Both the position numbers and the translations under genes were made by a program. The notes below the pieces were generated by a model. That model did not search any database. It was not told the origin of the DNA and saw only the letters and a list, made by a program, of their open reading frames with translations. Shown piece after piece: positions 40,301-53,639 of a stretch of DNA of 64,000 bases (positions are counted from its first letter, which is position 1; each line of letters begins with the position of its first letter). Location: the IMG/VR virus record IMGVR_UViG_3300029605_000001, one strand, 5' to 3'. This DNA is from a virus (taxonomy: Duplodnaviria; Heunggongvirae; Uroviricota; Caudoviricetes).

Positions 40301-43300
40301 TAGATATACGTTTAATGATCTAGTAAGAATGGCTCTTGCGGACATTCAAGAATCTGGAGAAGCATTACCTTAGGTAGAAGATAGAGCTTTCTTAGAAAGA
40401 ACTATAGTTCAAAACTATTTAAATAAGAGACAATCTGACCCATCACTCTATACATTGGGTGTAGAAGAATATATACCTACCGATGTAGTAGATATCATGT
40501 CTGGGGATGAAGTGCTTGGTACTATTACTCTAGACGAACTAAAGACTTACTATAAGTTTAAGGACCAGGATTGGTCTTACTTCGGAATTGATGGAAGTAG
40601 AGTAACTGGATTTAGATATAACATTAGACAGGCTAGAAATCTGGCTCCAGTTAAAATTACCTTCGAGACTGAAACTGGAAGAAAGATGAATGTATTTGAC
40701 CTTCCTCAGTTTAGACAGGCATATGAAAATCCTAACAGTCTTAATAGGGAAGCTGTTAGTCAACAGTTCTTGAACCTAGATAAAGGATTCTATATAGATG
40801 AAAATGGAAGAAGGATAAATATAAAAAATCTTAACAAGAGTGCTGCCGAACTTGTTATTTCCAATATGTACAAGTCTAAGTTTGGTATTGGAGACAAGTC
40901 AGTAGCTGAAATTAGAGAATAGGGAGTAGATGCTTTTAGGACAGAATATGAATCTCCAAAGGAATCTAAGTACTATGATATGATCTTTACTAGAAATAGT
41001 GGAGATGGGGTTTATATTTCGTTTGAATCTCCTAAGAAGAACCCAGAAAATACATATGAGGCTTATGACCAATCTAAGTTAATAACAGAAAGAGACAATC
41101 GCGGCAACATTGATGTTTTCTTAATCTCTGAAGATAATAGAAAGCAATTCAAGGTTGGTAGGTATGTATTAAAAACAGGTTATACTTACAAGAGTCATTT
41201 TACAGATGTGGATGGAAATGACGTGTCAGAGGTAGATGCTCTTAAAGCTGGGTATATACACTCACTTGGATCTTTCTATGACGCAACTGGAGGCGTTGTA
41301 AGCAGTAGTGAAGCATTGAAAAACGGATTCAAATACGAATCTCCTTCATTCTATGATGATAAAGGTAAGAAAGTAACATCTAAAGAAGCTAGAAATTTGA
41401 GAGCAGACAACTCTACTGTATATGAATATGTAGAGTTTGTATCTAGGTATAGAGTTGCAGAAAAGTTTAATGATGGTGACGATGTATATCATATAAACGA
41501 GTATGAAAAGTATTATATAAATACTTATAATGCCAAGTTAGCTATGGGCATAACAGATGATCCTAATAAAAGCCCCGAGTAGAGAAAGAGAGAACAAGGA
41601 GAACTTAACGCCTTTATTGCTAATATCTTGGATGATATTTATGCTATTCAACAATTTTCTGGAATCCAAGTAAATTCAGCGTTAACTAGAAATGCTGCCG
41701 CTAGTATAGTTAAGTATGCTGCTAGAATGGAGAATGTAGATTGGGACTTTAAACAAGAAGTTCTAAATGGAATGATCCAGGAACTAAATAGAGTAATGAA
41801 AGAGCCTGGAGAAACAATATCTATAGAGGATAAACTTATTGATAGTTATAATAAATACTATGACAAGTTGGCTTAGGAAAGATATAGTTCTTGGGAACAA
41901 TCACTATACTTTACTGCTGCTCGTATTCCTGCTCAGACATTGCAATCATTCATGCAGATGGAAGCTATTGCATATTCTGGTAATAGTCGTAATATAGTAT
42001 ATGTAAGTCACTGGCAAGCATGGCTCCAAGGTTCAGACTACGACATTGATAAAGCATATATCATGGGACAGGAGTTCGGAGATGATGGAAGATTAGTTAA
42101 GTGGAGTAATCTATTTGATTATAGTTCTCCTGAAATGCTAAGAACGTCTTTATGGCTACCAACTCCTAGAAAGGTATTTATAGATAATAACAGCGATACT
42201 AGTTCTGCTAAATAGATGAATATCAATAGGCAGCTTGCTGATATTTCCTATTACGCCAGTCCTGCTACAGAATAGGAGAAGGTTGCAAGGTTAGGTAGAA
42301 TCGCCAATCTAATTATAGACATCTATGATTACATGGATAGAAATAATATAAAGGATAGAATAAACCTTGTCTATGATGAGAAATATTCTGGAATAGCTGG
42401 ACCAATTATAGATGATATTATTAAACACGAGAGAACTACAATATCTCCTAACTTGGAAGAATCTGCTTATAAGAACTCTATTTCTGCTAATATTAGAAAC
42501 ATAGTTCAGGATCTAAAGAATATGAACTTAGCATATTCTCCTATTACTATGAGTGACTTACAGGATCTAGCTGCAGACTCTCCTAAAGGAGCTATGACAG
42601 CAAGTATGTCTTTAATCAATCCACTTACTAAGTATATTATGTAGGTATAGAATATGGTTGGTAAGAAGGTTATTGGTATTGCCGCAGTAGCAGAGAAAGT
42701 ATTCTTTAACCTAAGTTACTATTATAACGAAGGTATTAGGAGTGGTAATGAGGATTGGATACGTAATATGCAATTTAGTAGAACGTTCAATAGAATACAA
42801 AATAGATATAATAGTACTAAGCTAGGACACGGCTTGAGCGACCTACAAAAGACTATTAAATCTAGTTTGGCTAATATTAACTTCTATGGTTATGATTATG
42901 TAAGATCTCGTTTTATCACCATAAACTAGATTGTGGATGCTGCTAGAAAGAAGTTTAACATAACAGACAGTGATATTGAAAATCATACAGGTAAATGGGA
43001 ACAATATAGTGAAGAAGTGGAAAGTCTAACTAGAGAACTATCCTCTAGAGATCAAAATGGTCTTATTGACCTACACAGAAGACTAACTAATACTGCTCCT
43101 GTTGACTTAATGATTTCTTAGATTCTTAGTGCTGCTACTGATAATGCCAAGGAGCTTATTCTTGCAAAGATTAACTGTGGTGATAATCTAGCAGGATGTC
43201 ACTTATATCTACTAATGCTTGGATTTGACATTAAGGACGTAGTTACATTTATGACTAGTCCATGTGTTAACCTAATAAATGATCTATCAGAAGCCGACAT

Positions 43301-45434
43301 GATGGATAGCTATATCCCTCAGTTACGAGTATAGGATGCTATTAAGATAGCTAAGGGAATAATTGATTCAAATAAATTCTTGCCTGGTTCAGTTCCTTCT
43401 GTAAACGAATATGGAGAAAGAGATACTATATCTAGGTCTCAAAGTGTTCTTAGTATATTTACAGAGCCTGGAACAAGTGCTAACAAGGTATATAATTTAT
43501 TAGTAGATAGGGTTAAATAGATAAATCCTGACTTTACTGGATTTAGTAATCTCCAAGATTTAATATAGCAATATATAAATGCTAGACTAGATGGGGAACA
43601 GCTAGAAGTGCTTGAAAACTATGCTAAGTCTAGTGACTATGAAACTGAAAAAGGAATACAGAGATTGTCTGATTATATAGAAAAGATTATCTATTCTCTA
43701 TAGAAAACTAGAAGTGACCACGGAAACAGAGAAGACTTCGATAAAGACCTAGCTGAATTTGAGGAAGTTTATTAGTTAGCTAATGAAACAACCACACTTG
43801 GAGGTCCATTCTTAGGATTAAACCAAGGATTACCTGGAAGTAAGGTAGACTTACAAAGTGAGTTAAGAAAGATTAAGTCAGCTGTTACTACTAGAGAGGA
43901 TTTATTTAATATACATTCGTGGGAACTTGTATTTAGTGATGATACAAAAGATAATACCAAGAAGTATAGACTCAATAAGTTTGCAACTCTTCTAGGAAGC
44001 ATATAGCAAAATAACTCATTTATAGTAACAGATATTAATCCTGAAGATACAAATCCAAATTATAAGGATGCTAAGTCTATTATTATGAGAGCTTCTGCTC
44101 TAGGTATAATAAATAATTTTGACGTAGAATCTTGGTTATATGATAGAAGGTTAACTGCTAATGATATAGTCACAGATAATTTCTTGGGAGAAGATGTTGA
44201 TATTAACAGAGTAATGGGAGAGAATGAGAGTCTATCCTATAGAGAAGTAATATCTGATTACTACAATCTTATAAAAGGAACGTGGAATATATTTGATATT
44301 ATCAATAGAATACCACAATATAGAGAAATTATTAACCTGCTAAAAACTGTATATGTATTTGATAAGCATACTTCTGCTAAATCTAATTTAACTAATATAA
44401 TCTATGATAAGGTATATGAAACAACTAACTTCATAGATGAGAATTAGAACAAGGCTATTATTAAATACGTAGATGACTTACTAATAACGTCGTTCTTCAG
44501 AGATAATAATTTTAGTTTCCCTATATACGAGAACATGGAGTATTTAGATACTTCGTATAAGACTAAGATTGCTAGATTTAACTAGAAAGTAGACTTAAAT
44601 AATGCCCCTAGTAGAGCAGCCTTTAAGAAAGTATTTGAATCAATTCTTCCTCAACTATAGAGAACTGGTAGGTATGGAGATGTTGTTATTCCAGATTATA
44701 AAAACAATGCCTTCTTATAGGGACTTAAGATAGTCTACGATAAGTATGAAGTTCCAACTATGGCAACTGAACTAGATATGATGAGAAAAGATGCCACTCC
44801 TAATTCCTAGAGAAGATTCCAAGAATACTTAAATGGATTAAATAGTTTAAAAGATGTAATCATAGGAGGAGTACCATTATCAGACTGGTTTATGTTGTAT
44901 AATTTATATGTTAATCAGAACTCATACGGTTCAGATAAATTAACTACTATATTTAAGAACGCTCTTATAAATAGAGGTTCTGTCCTAGAGACATACTTTA
45001 AATACATAGGAAATATAGATTATAATAATATTAATGATGATGTTTTACAGGAACTTGGATATAATCTAGAAGATCTATTAATTAGGACTGCCCCTTATGT
45101 TTCAAGATCTCAGGAAAGTACAGCTAGGGCTCCTTACATTAGAACTACTCTTATGAGTGGTGAATTAGTTTATAAGAAAAAGAATCCTGCTACAGGAGCT
45201 TATAGAATAATATCTGTATTTCCTGATAAAGATTTAAGAGCAATAGATGATAGTTAGATTAGTGAAGACTAGAAGTCCAATTATCAACAATATCAGATGA
45301 TGCCTATGAAGAATCAAGATTTTAATGTATCTTTGCGTGAAGGATTAATGTCTACAGATATTAATGTTTTAGTTGATACATTGATAGCTTATTCAAGAAA
45401 GGGTATATTAGAAATACTAAAAGAAAACTGTTAA
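34341..45434 (+). CDS. Virion-packaged DNA-dependent RNA polymerase, giant polypeptide (about 3697 aa, TAG=Gln)
   Basis: Fourteen track ORFs share this frame. RIPAQ motif followed by the catalytic GSDYDIDK (42030-42053), characteristic of crAss-like double-psi-barrel RNAPs. Confidence 0.9.
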
Positions 45435-45435
45435 T

Positions 45436-48093
45436 ATGGGAAAAATAGGAAGCGGATGCGATATTGTCTTTATGATAAATGGTGATTATGAAAACGCTAT
45501 TCGGATGGGGTCTAGTATCTCATCCGAATAGGTTTCATATAGAGCTATTGCCCAAACTCTTATAAATGAGATTGGAAAGAAAGAGTAGCTAAAAAATGCT
45601 CTTAAATTATAGACAAGAACTAAGCAAGTTACTTTGGAAGATATAAATAGAAATGGAATAACTAATAATTGTACTGTTGCTGATATAGCTAAGATGTACT
45701 CGGATCGTGATTGGTCTGATATTGATCAGTCTACAAAGATATTAGCTACTGACTGGTTCTAGTATTATGGGAAAGATTTTAATAATATGATCATTAAGTA
45801 GGATGGTAGCACTATAATCATAGTAGACCCATCTGACAAAGATTAGATAAACACCTTATATAATTATTTAAAGGCTAGAAGTAAGCTAAGGTAGTTGAGT
45901 GATGATACTAGAAGCATTATACAACAATCAAAGATTGGAAGTATAGTTCAGCAACTTCCAGATATTGTAAAATCAATAGCTAATGTTTCTGATGAAATAG
46001 CAAAGATTGAAGAAAGGGCTAAGAAATAGGAATTATCTAAGCACTATAAAGATAAATTAGCAAAGCTTAGAAATCAATAGGAAAACTATGAAAAATTAAC
46101 AAAGAGTATTCCAAAAGATGCGATTTCTTTGTTATATGATTATTTAGATGATTCAATGAAATACTTTGGATTATCTTATAAGGATGGAAATAAAACTAAG
46201 TCAGTAACTACTGAACTAGATAACATTATCAACACTTTACTTGGAAAGACAGTTAGAGAATATACATATAATGATGTATTCGCTAACGAAGTGTCTGGGA
46301 GAGCTAAATATAGCTCTAGAACTGGATTAAGTGCTATTACTAAACATGACTTTATAGAGGCACTAAACATAAAATTAGCTGATTTGAATGAGAAAATAAA
46401 TTCTATGCCTTCTTATGGAGAAGAAGGAGAAATGAAGAAATAGTTAATGGCTCTTAGGAATATTATAAATAGCTTCTTGAAAAAGCAATCTAAATCTGGA
46501 AAAGACTGGAATAATATAGTAAATACGCTAATAGACTAGACTGATGATGAGTTTTCCTATAGTCTATAGGAAATGGATGATACCTATATTTATCTAAAGA
46601 ATGTCCCTATGCTCTTAGAAGATAGGTATGACGATTTCACTTATAAGTCTATTGAGGTAATGAAACCTGTCGAAACTTATAAAGGACATACCATCTATAT
46701 AGATCCGACAGGCGAGAAATACTATTTTAGTAGACATATTCTTACTACAAGGAGTTATGGAAGGGCTTATAAAACGATTGATGAGTGCAAGAATAGGATA
46801 GATTTTAGTGTCTTTAATAACCCTATAAGCTAGCAAAGCCTTATTGAATTTAAATATAAAACTAATGATGCTGTTTGGCTTCCGAACAGATTTATTCCTG
46901 GATAGGTTATTAAGGTCTTATATAATCCAAAATGGGACTTCAGCGCGTACTAGCATCTAAATGAGTTTGAATAGAAACTTATATACGATACTGGGATAAG
47001 AAATGGGAATAATTTAAGAGCTTTCTATAGATATGTTGCTGGAATCACAGACTTTAACACAGAGATAATTATGAATTCCTTAGAAAAATATATAGATACT
47101 GCTGAAAAGGCCGCGTGCTTTATTTATGAGCTGAACTAGGAACTTGGAACTACTAGAGGAAAAATAACTCATGAGTAGTTTAACAACATATTAAATACTA
47201 TCAAAGAAGCTACTTATAAGTATTACGTGGTCGAGGATGTTAGTGGTCCATATAAAGGAGGGCAGAAGAAGGGATTTAAGCAATACCGTAAAAATACTGG
47301 AGATAATGTATTAGAGAAAGGAACTTATAGGACAATAGTAACTGAAGTTTAGCCTGCTGAAATAACAAATCAGATAGTCCAGTATGATGCTAACTCTGGG
47401 AGATTAATGCCTACTATTAGATTACTTCGTGATTTAGCTAAGAAAATACAAGATAAGCTAGGAGTTACTATCCATATAGAAACACAATCCACTCTTGAAG
47501 ACCTATTCAAGGAATGGAATGAGGAAATGCCAAGTTAGGTAAATGGATTTATTAAAAATGGAGAGATTTACATAAATTCTAGTGTTGCTCCTACCGATAC
47601 ATTACTTCACGAATTTACTCACATAATGCTAGGTGTTCTAAAGGCTAAGAACTTTGATAATTATTATGAATTGGTAAATCTTGTGGGTAACCATAAAAGT
47701 TCTACACATGAAAAAAGTAGAATGAAGAAATTATATCCTAATAGAGCAGAATCAGATATAAATGAAGAAGTTTTTGCAAATAAATTTGCTGCTCATATGA
47801 TGGGAGAAGACTTAGGAGAATTTCTAAATGGAACTATGGAAAGTGCTAGGAGAGCTATAGATGATAAAATGGGAAGTATTTTCGGAAAGGAGAGATTATC
47901 AGAAAATTTTTATAATGGAGAACTTTCCAATATATTCCAATAGTTTGGCTATGATCTTGGAGAATTAATAAAGCAGGGAAATGGTCTTGAGATAGGTACA
48001 TCAAGCTATAGAGAAGCTAGTAACTGGATTGAATCGCAGATAACTGAGCACAGAGATAATGATAATGTTGGAATTTTAGAACAATGTGAATAA
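45436..48093 (+). CDS. Large virion protein with C-terminal zincin metallopeptidase motif (about 885 aa, TAG=Gln)
   Basis: GFIKNGEIYIN...TLLHEFTH (HExxH at 47608-47622)...EEVFA. Joins track ORFs 46129, 46573 and 47626. Confidence 0.8.
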
Positions 48094-51000
48094 TGTCTTG
48101 TATATATATATTATATGATAGTAAAACTGGAGAATAGAAACAGTATACATATAAAGAGCTAGTTAAACTATACAATGATGGTAATTATAGAGATGTTTCT
48201 GATATAATTTATAGTAAAGGCTCTAAACAAGATGCTGTTATTTCTCAAGTGTTATAGTTAAATAAGGAATGTAGAGTTCAAACTAGTAAAGATATAAACA
48301 ACGGAGAACCTGATTATACCAATGGTTCTAAATATACTACTCAGACATTAATTGATAGTGGTTTATTCAGGGTTTAGGGAGAAAGAATAATACCTGAGCA
48401 GAATGATGAAAACTATATTGAAAATGCTGCTAGAGCGTTTATATAGGAACAAGGTCTATCTTGGGATTCTGCATCAGAAGGATAGAAGGCAGAAGCCAGG
48501 CAAAAAGCTGAAAACATTAGACAAAATTGGGAAATTATTAATGAAGATGCTAAGGAATTACACGCAGCTTTGAACAGCTTCAATTTTTCTAAGCAAGATA
48601 GATACGACTTCATTAATAAATTAAAAGGTACTAGATTTGAAAACTTTGCTTCTTCAATATATGATGAGATAACAAAGAAGAATGGTTTACTAACCATGTT
48701 AAGAAGTACTAACAAGTTGTCTAATGATACTACTGTAAAAATCCTACAGAACATAAATCTTTTAGGTAAGTTGAATACTACAGGAGATGATATACTTGGA
48801 CATATTGACAATCTCGTGATTGATACTGATGGAATACTTCATATATATAACTATAAAGTTACAAGCACTCCTATTTCAGAATGGAATGCTGTAAAAATAG
48901 AAAAGTATAAGTATTAGATGGCATTGTTAAAACAGCTCTTGGCTTATCATGGATTTAATGTTTCTGGAACAGAGTTACATATAATTCCAATTAGGCTGAA
49001 TTATTCTGAAGATTTTTCTACTATTACAAATGTTATTCCTTATTTATGGGATAAACACATTAAAATATCCTAGGGGCAGTCTTTTGAGAAATATGAGAGA
49101 GCAGCTAAGTACTTTATAAAATCAAATATTAAACTGGAACCAATTAAGAGTGTTTTAGTACAGAAAATAAATAATAATCTACGTTGTTTCTTCCCGGATA
49201 GAAATATTAAGCTCGAAGGTATATCTAAGTCAATAGATGATTGGATTAAACATGAGTTTACTACTAAATGGCAGGGAAGAATAAAGAAAGTAGATGCTCC
49301 TGATCATGCTTATGAGGTCTATCTTGATGATGAAAGAGTTGATCCAATATTTATTACTAGTTCTAAGCAGCCCTTAGAAAATGAAGAGCTTAGGGAAGTA
49401 GTAAAAAAATACTTTGAAGACACTTAGGAAGCTACAAATAAGTTCATAAGTAGCGTCGTAAGAGATATTAGAGCAAGTAGAAGAGCCGGAAGGTCTTTAC
49501 TTGGAAGAGGTAGTATGGAGAACAGAAATCTGCAGATCGCCTTATCTTATATTGGAAGAAATCTCTCTAAATATATCACATCTTATAAAGAAGTATAGGG
49601 AGTTAAGATATTTGACTGGGATCTGATTTCTAATGACACACTATTAAATGCTAATATCTTAGTATTTAAAAATAATACCACAGACTAGATTGATGTTGTA
49701 TGCTTAAGCAATTATAATCTAGAATAGAAGGTAAAGTTCAATGGATAGAATAATATAATGGGATCTTACATTAATGATGGATCAACCGATACGAAGGGGT
49801 TAATAAACTTTCCTGCTAATTTTGCTAACATAGAAGCAATGAGAGTGATGACTATACTAAATGAGGTATTACCTTAGATAAATTAGTCTAAACTCTTACT
49901 TGGAGAATTACGAGTTCTCACTACTTTTGGTGCTGGTGATGAAATCAAATATGACATGGAGTCTCTAAATAGGGATTTGTTCCAAGAAGCTGCTAAAATT
50001 GTTAGGAAAAATAATGCTGATTTCAATTTTACAAATAACTTTACTAAAGCTAAATATGTAGACCCATTAGATGTTTTACTGAGAGATTATCAAGGAATCA
50101 TATCTACATCTACTATGAGTGATGCTGAGAAGTAGGATTTAGTGGATATAGGACTTAATAATCTCGAAAATTTAAAAACTAGAGAAGCAAAGAAGATAGA
50201 ACTACGTGCTATAATATAGAAAATATATAAGATAGATCCAACTATAGAGGTTATGACTCCAACTGCTATATTATAGTGTGCTAGAAGTGATAGTAATCCA
50301 GAGAGAAAGGCATTAGCCAAGTTATATATACTATGTGAGAATGCTTTCTGTTATTATAGTGGAATCTAGGTAAGAAGAGAATATAAAATTAGTAAGATTT
50401 ACGAATATGCTATGGCCTAGAACAGAGTTCCAAATAAAACTTATTAGGGTGTAACTAATATGTTTACTAAAACTGTCGATGATGTTGCTGCTAGGGTGAA
50501 GAAGGAATATAATCATATTCGAGACTTTACAGAGCAATTTTATAATGCTATGGGATACGGACATTTATAGGCTAGTGTAATTGGAAACCAAGCTAAAGCA
50601 TTTAGAAATTTATATCGCAGAGATGATTCTGGAAAACTACTAATGGAATTTAGAAATCCTTATGAAACTGATCCTCTTCCTCCTTTAAACTAGGCAGAGT
50701 CAAAATATCTAAAACAGGTTTTATTTGAGTTTGCTAAGATACGAAGCATGATTTATGGTTTTGATTTCAAGTTCAATGGGTATAATGACCCTGAATTGTT
50801 GAAATTCATAAACTAGAACAAAAGTTGGTATTTTAATCCACCTCTTGAAAAAGCATCATAGGCAACAATAGCTTCTAATGGTTTTTCCTCTACTATAGAC
50901 GAGTGGTCTCGTAGAGCAAAAGATATAATCAAGAATCCAAAACAAACCATTAACGAATTAATTAATGGTATTGGTACAGAACAGGAATCTGAATTAATAG

Positions 51001-52805
51001 AAAAGTCATTTAATACTCTGCACTTAACCAACTCATTTATAGTAGGAGATGGATACAAAGGAGGAGAGAGTTCAAGAGCAGAAATGATTAATTCTCATCC
51101 ATAGGGATTTTTTGAAACAAATGTAGAAAACCTATTAGCCCACTATCTAGAAAGATAGATATAGGTAGAGGAGTTTAATAAAACATTAATAGCAGTTAAA
51201 GGTATTCTATTATAGTTAGAAATGATAGGAGAATCAGCAGGAGAAAATAATAGGGTAGGACTAATATAGACCACTAAAATGATTCAAGACTTTGTTAAAT
51301 AGAATATATTTAATTAGTCTATAATGGAACCTGAATCTTAGAAATTAATGGCATGGATGTATCCTTTCAGGTAGTTAGTATCAAAAGCATATATAGCAGG
51401 AAATATAGTATCTATGTTTCGTGATACATTTGAAGGAATGTGGTAGAATACTGCAAGGATGCTAACTAAATATCAAACAGACATTGATGCTAAAAGTTTA
51501 ACTAATGCCTATAAAGAAGTAACTAAGGCATCATTCACTAGTACTAGAGGAATTACTATCATTGATGAATTATGTAAGACTTATAGATTATCTAACCTAG
51601 ATGTTGCAAGAATTTCGGAAGGATTAACTACCTCCAGTAGTGGATTATTAAATCCGGACAAGTGGATGTACTATACTTTAAGAGCTCCTGATTTCCTAAA
51701 TAGAATGGTATTATTTGTTGCAAAATGTATGAAAGATGGATGCTGGGATGCATTCGACCTTGATTAGGGTAAATTAGTGTACAATTGGAGAAAGGATAAG
51801 AGATATAGTGTATATGCTGATAAAAGTAAAAAAGGAACTAAAGAATACGAAGAGCAAAGGATCTCTTATTATAATGCCATAAGATCTTATAATTAGGAGC
51901 ATCCAGAAAGCACTATAGGATTTGATGATGATCTTCCAACTGCATATTCTAATAACTAGATATAGTAGATGAGGTAGTTGTCTAATAGTATTTATGGAGC
52001 CTACGATAGGAGTATGAGAGCAAAATATGAGAATACTGCTTTAGGACTTACATTTGCAATGTTTAGTACTTGGATGAATGGTATGGTATCTAATTATCTT
52101 ACTAAGCCTGGGTAGTATGCTGGGGGGCCAACAACAATAGAATAGGATAGAGACGGTTCTGGCAACCTACTTTATATGGATAGAAATGGTATAGTAGTAG
52201 TAGAGCTAAATAATGGCACTAGTAAAACTTATATATATGAAGAAACAGGAGAAATAGTCCAAAATCTAGAGGGGATGGTTCCAATTATGAAGGAAGTACC
52301 ATTAGTAGTATAGGGGATTATGTACACATTGTGGGATAGTATAGTAGCTCTAAGGAAAGGAGGAAAAGAATAGTTTATAAAAGATATATTAAATAATCCA
52401 GTATAGGCTGCTAATTTAAGGAAAGCTATCAGTGATCTTATAGCTATCTTATTATTTTCAACACTGTTTAAGTTTGCTATTACACCTATGTATAAAGAAT
52501 TTAAAAATAATAGTAGTGATCATAGTGTTATAGAAAATGCATTTGCAGAATTACTATATAAAAGTACTTCTAGATCTTATGATGGATTCATGGGTCCAAT
52601 TTCTATTATATAGTTTTTAGGAGAGAATACTAATCCTCCAGCTTATTAGCTATCAATCAAAATACCAAGTGATTTAATGAAATTTGTACTTGGAGATAAA
52701 ACATTTGGGGAATTAATGACAGGTAATATTCCATTATTTAGAGCTGTCTAGGATACTTACAAAGGAATTCTTAAACAAGAAAAATTAGAAAGTAATGATA
52801 AATGA
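48093..52805 (+). CDS. Large virion protein with PD-(D/E)xK-like domain (about 1570 aa, TAG=Gln)
   Basis: GHIDNLVIDTDGILHIYNYK...YKYQMALL. Joins track ORFs 48570 and 51459. TGA stop. Confidence 0.75.
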
Positions 52806-52984
52806 CCTATAGTGAAATAATAAATATAGCTAAGAATGGGAAATTAATAAAACTCCCAAATTTCAATAGATACTTTAAGTGGGATTATTCCATAAATGAC
52901 CTTATGTTTTATAATTAGTTATTTAAATGTAGAGCTTCAGATTTAGATATAAAAGCTAGAACAGATTTTTATTATATAATATAA
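52802..52984 (+). CDS. Small hypothetical protein (60 aa, one TAG)
   Basis: ATGA overlap with the upstream gene. MTYSEIINIAKNGKLIKLP...RTDFYYII, ending just before the terminator. Confidence 0.6.
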
Positions 52985-52987
52985 AAA

Positions 52988-53031
52988 ATAAGGCCAGTAA
53001 CCTAGGATTTCCCCTAAGATACTGACCTTAT
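52988..53031. terminator. Terminator hairpin 1 at arm convergence
   Basis: ATAAGGCCAGTA...TACTGACCTTAT imperfect stem with an A tract on the left (U tract for - strand transcripts). Confidence 0.65.
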
Positions 53032-53035
53032 AAGT

Positions 53036-53089
53036 AAAAAAAAATAAGGGAGAACATAGATTATTATCTACGCTCTCCCTTATTTATTA
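53036..53089. terminator. Bidirectional terminator hairpin 2
   Basis: AAATAAGGGAGA...TCTCCCTTATTT stem flanked by an A run and a T-rich tract, between convergent gene blocks. Confidence 0.8.
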
Positions 53090-53097
53090 TAGTTTTA

Positions 53098-53400
53098 TTA
53101 AGTATTGTCCTTTAATGTATATTCTAATTGTCTTAATCGTTCTTTACAAATATGAATAATTTTCTGATAATCTAGCATTCTTGATTCCACATCTGATAAT
53201 CCAGGTTCTTTCTTAGTTCTTAAAATCCTTTTAACAATATCTGCATCCCACGGGTTTAGATTGTAATCCTGCCAAATAGCCCAGGGTTGAATTATATGTT
53301 GGGCATAATTACTAGCTCCAATATTACCATCTCTTACCTTTGTTTCATCAATTATGCCTAGGTGTGTTAGCACTCTATATAGATCATCATTAATTTCCAT
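53098..53400 (-). CDS. DUF3310-like protein
   Basis: IGASNYAQHIIQPW..W....LNPWDADIVKRILR...DYQKIIH pattern. Confidence 0.65.
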   Translation of the reverse strand: MEINDDLYRVLTHLGIIDETKVRDGNIGASNYAQHIIQPWAIWQDYNLNPWDADIVKRILRTKKEPGLSDVESRMLDYQKIIHICKERLRQLEYTLKDNT

Positions 53401-53639
53401 TACTTATTATTTATAATAACTAAATTATCAGAATCTATAGCTTTTCTGATATATCTCATAAGAGTAATAGGTTTATATGAGGACACAAATGTAGTAGTAC
53501 CAACATCATCCTTATTATTCATATCTATAGGGAATATAATTTCTATGTCTTCGTGAGCTATTTTATAGTATAATACTCCTGCTATAGCATGAGAAAACAC
53601 TGCAGGGTCGTCAAGTTTAACTATTTCTTTTAGAGTCAT
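53400..53639 (-). CDS. Hypothetical protein
   Basis: Track ORF, translationally coupled to both neighbours. Confidence 0.75.
   Translation of the reverse strand: MTLKEIVKLDDPAVFSHAIAGVLYYKIAHEDIEIIFPIDMNNKDDVGTTTFVSSYKPITLMRYIRKAIDSDNLVIINNK

Noticed and set aside
5776..51058. Minus-strand track ORFs within the virion arm (e.g. 14052, 17557, 23821, 25212, 30762, 48413)
   Set aside because: Antisense shadows of long + genes, with Ser/Leu/Ile-rich non-protein-like composition and no motifs.
458..51767. Short + strand track ORFs as separate genes or pseudogene fragments
   Set aside because: They share frames and are separated only by TAG, so they are pieces of long code-15 genes.
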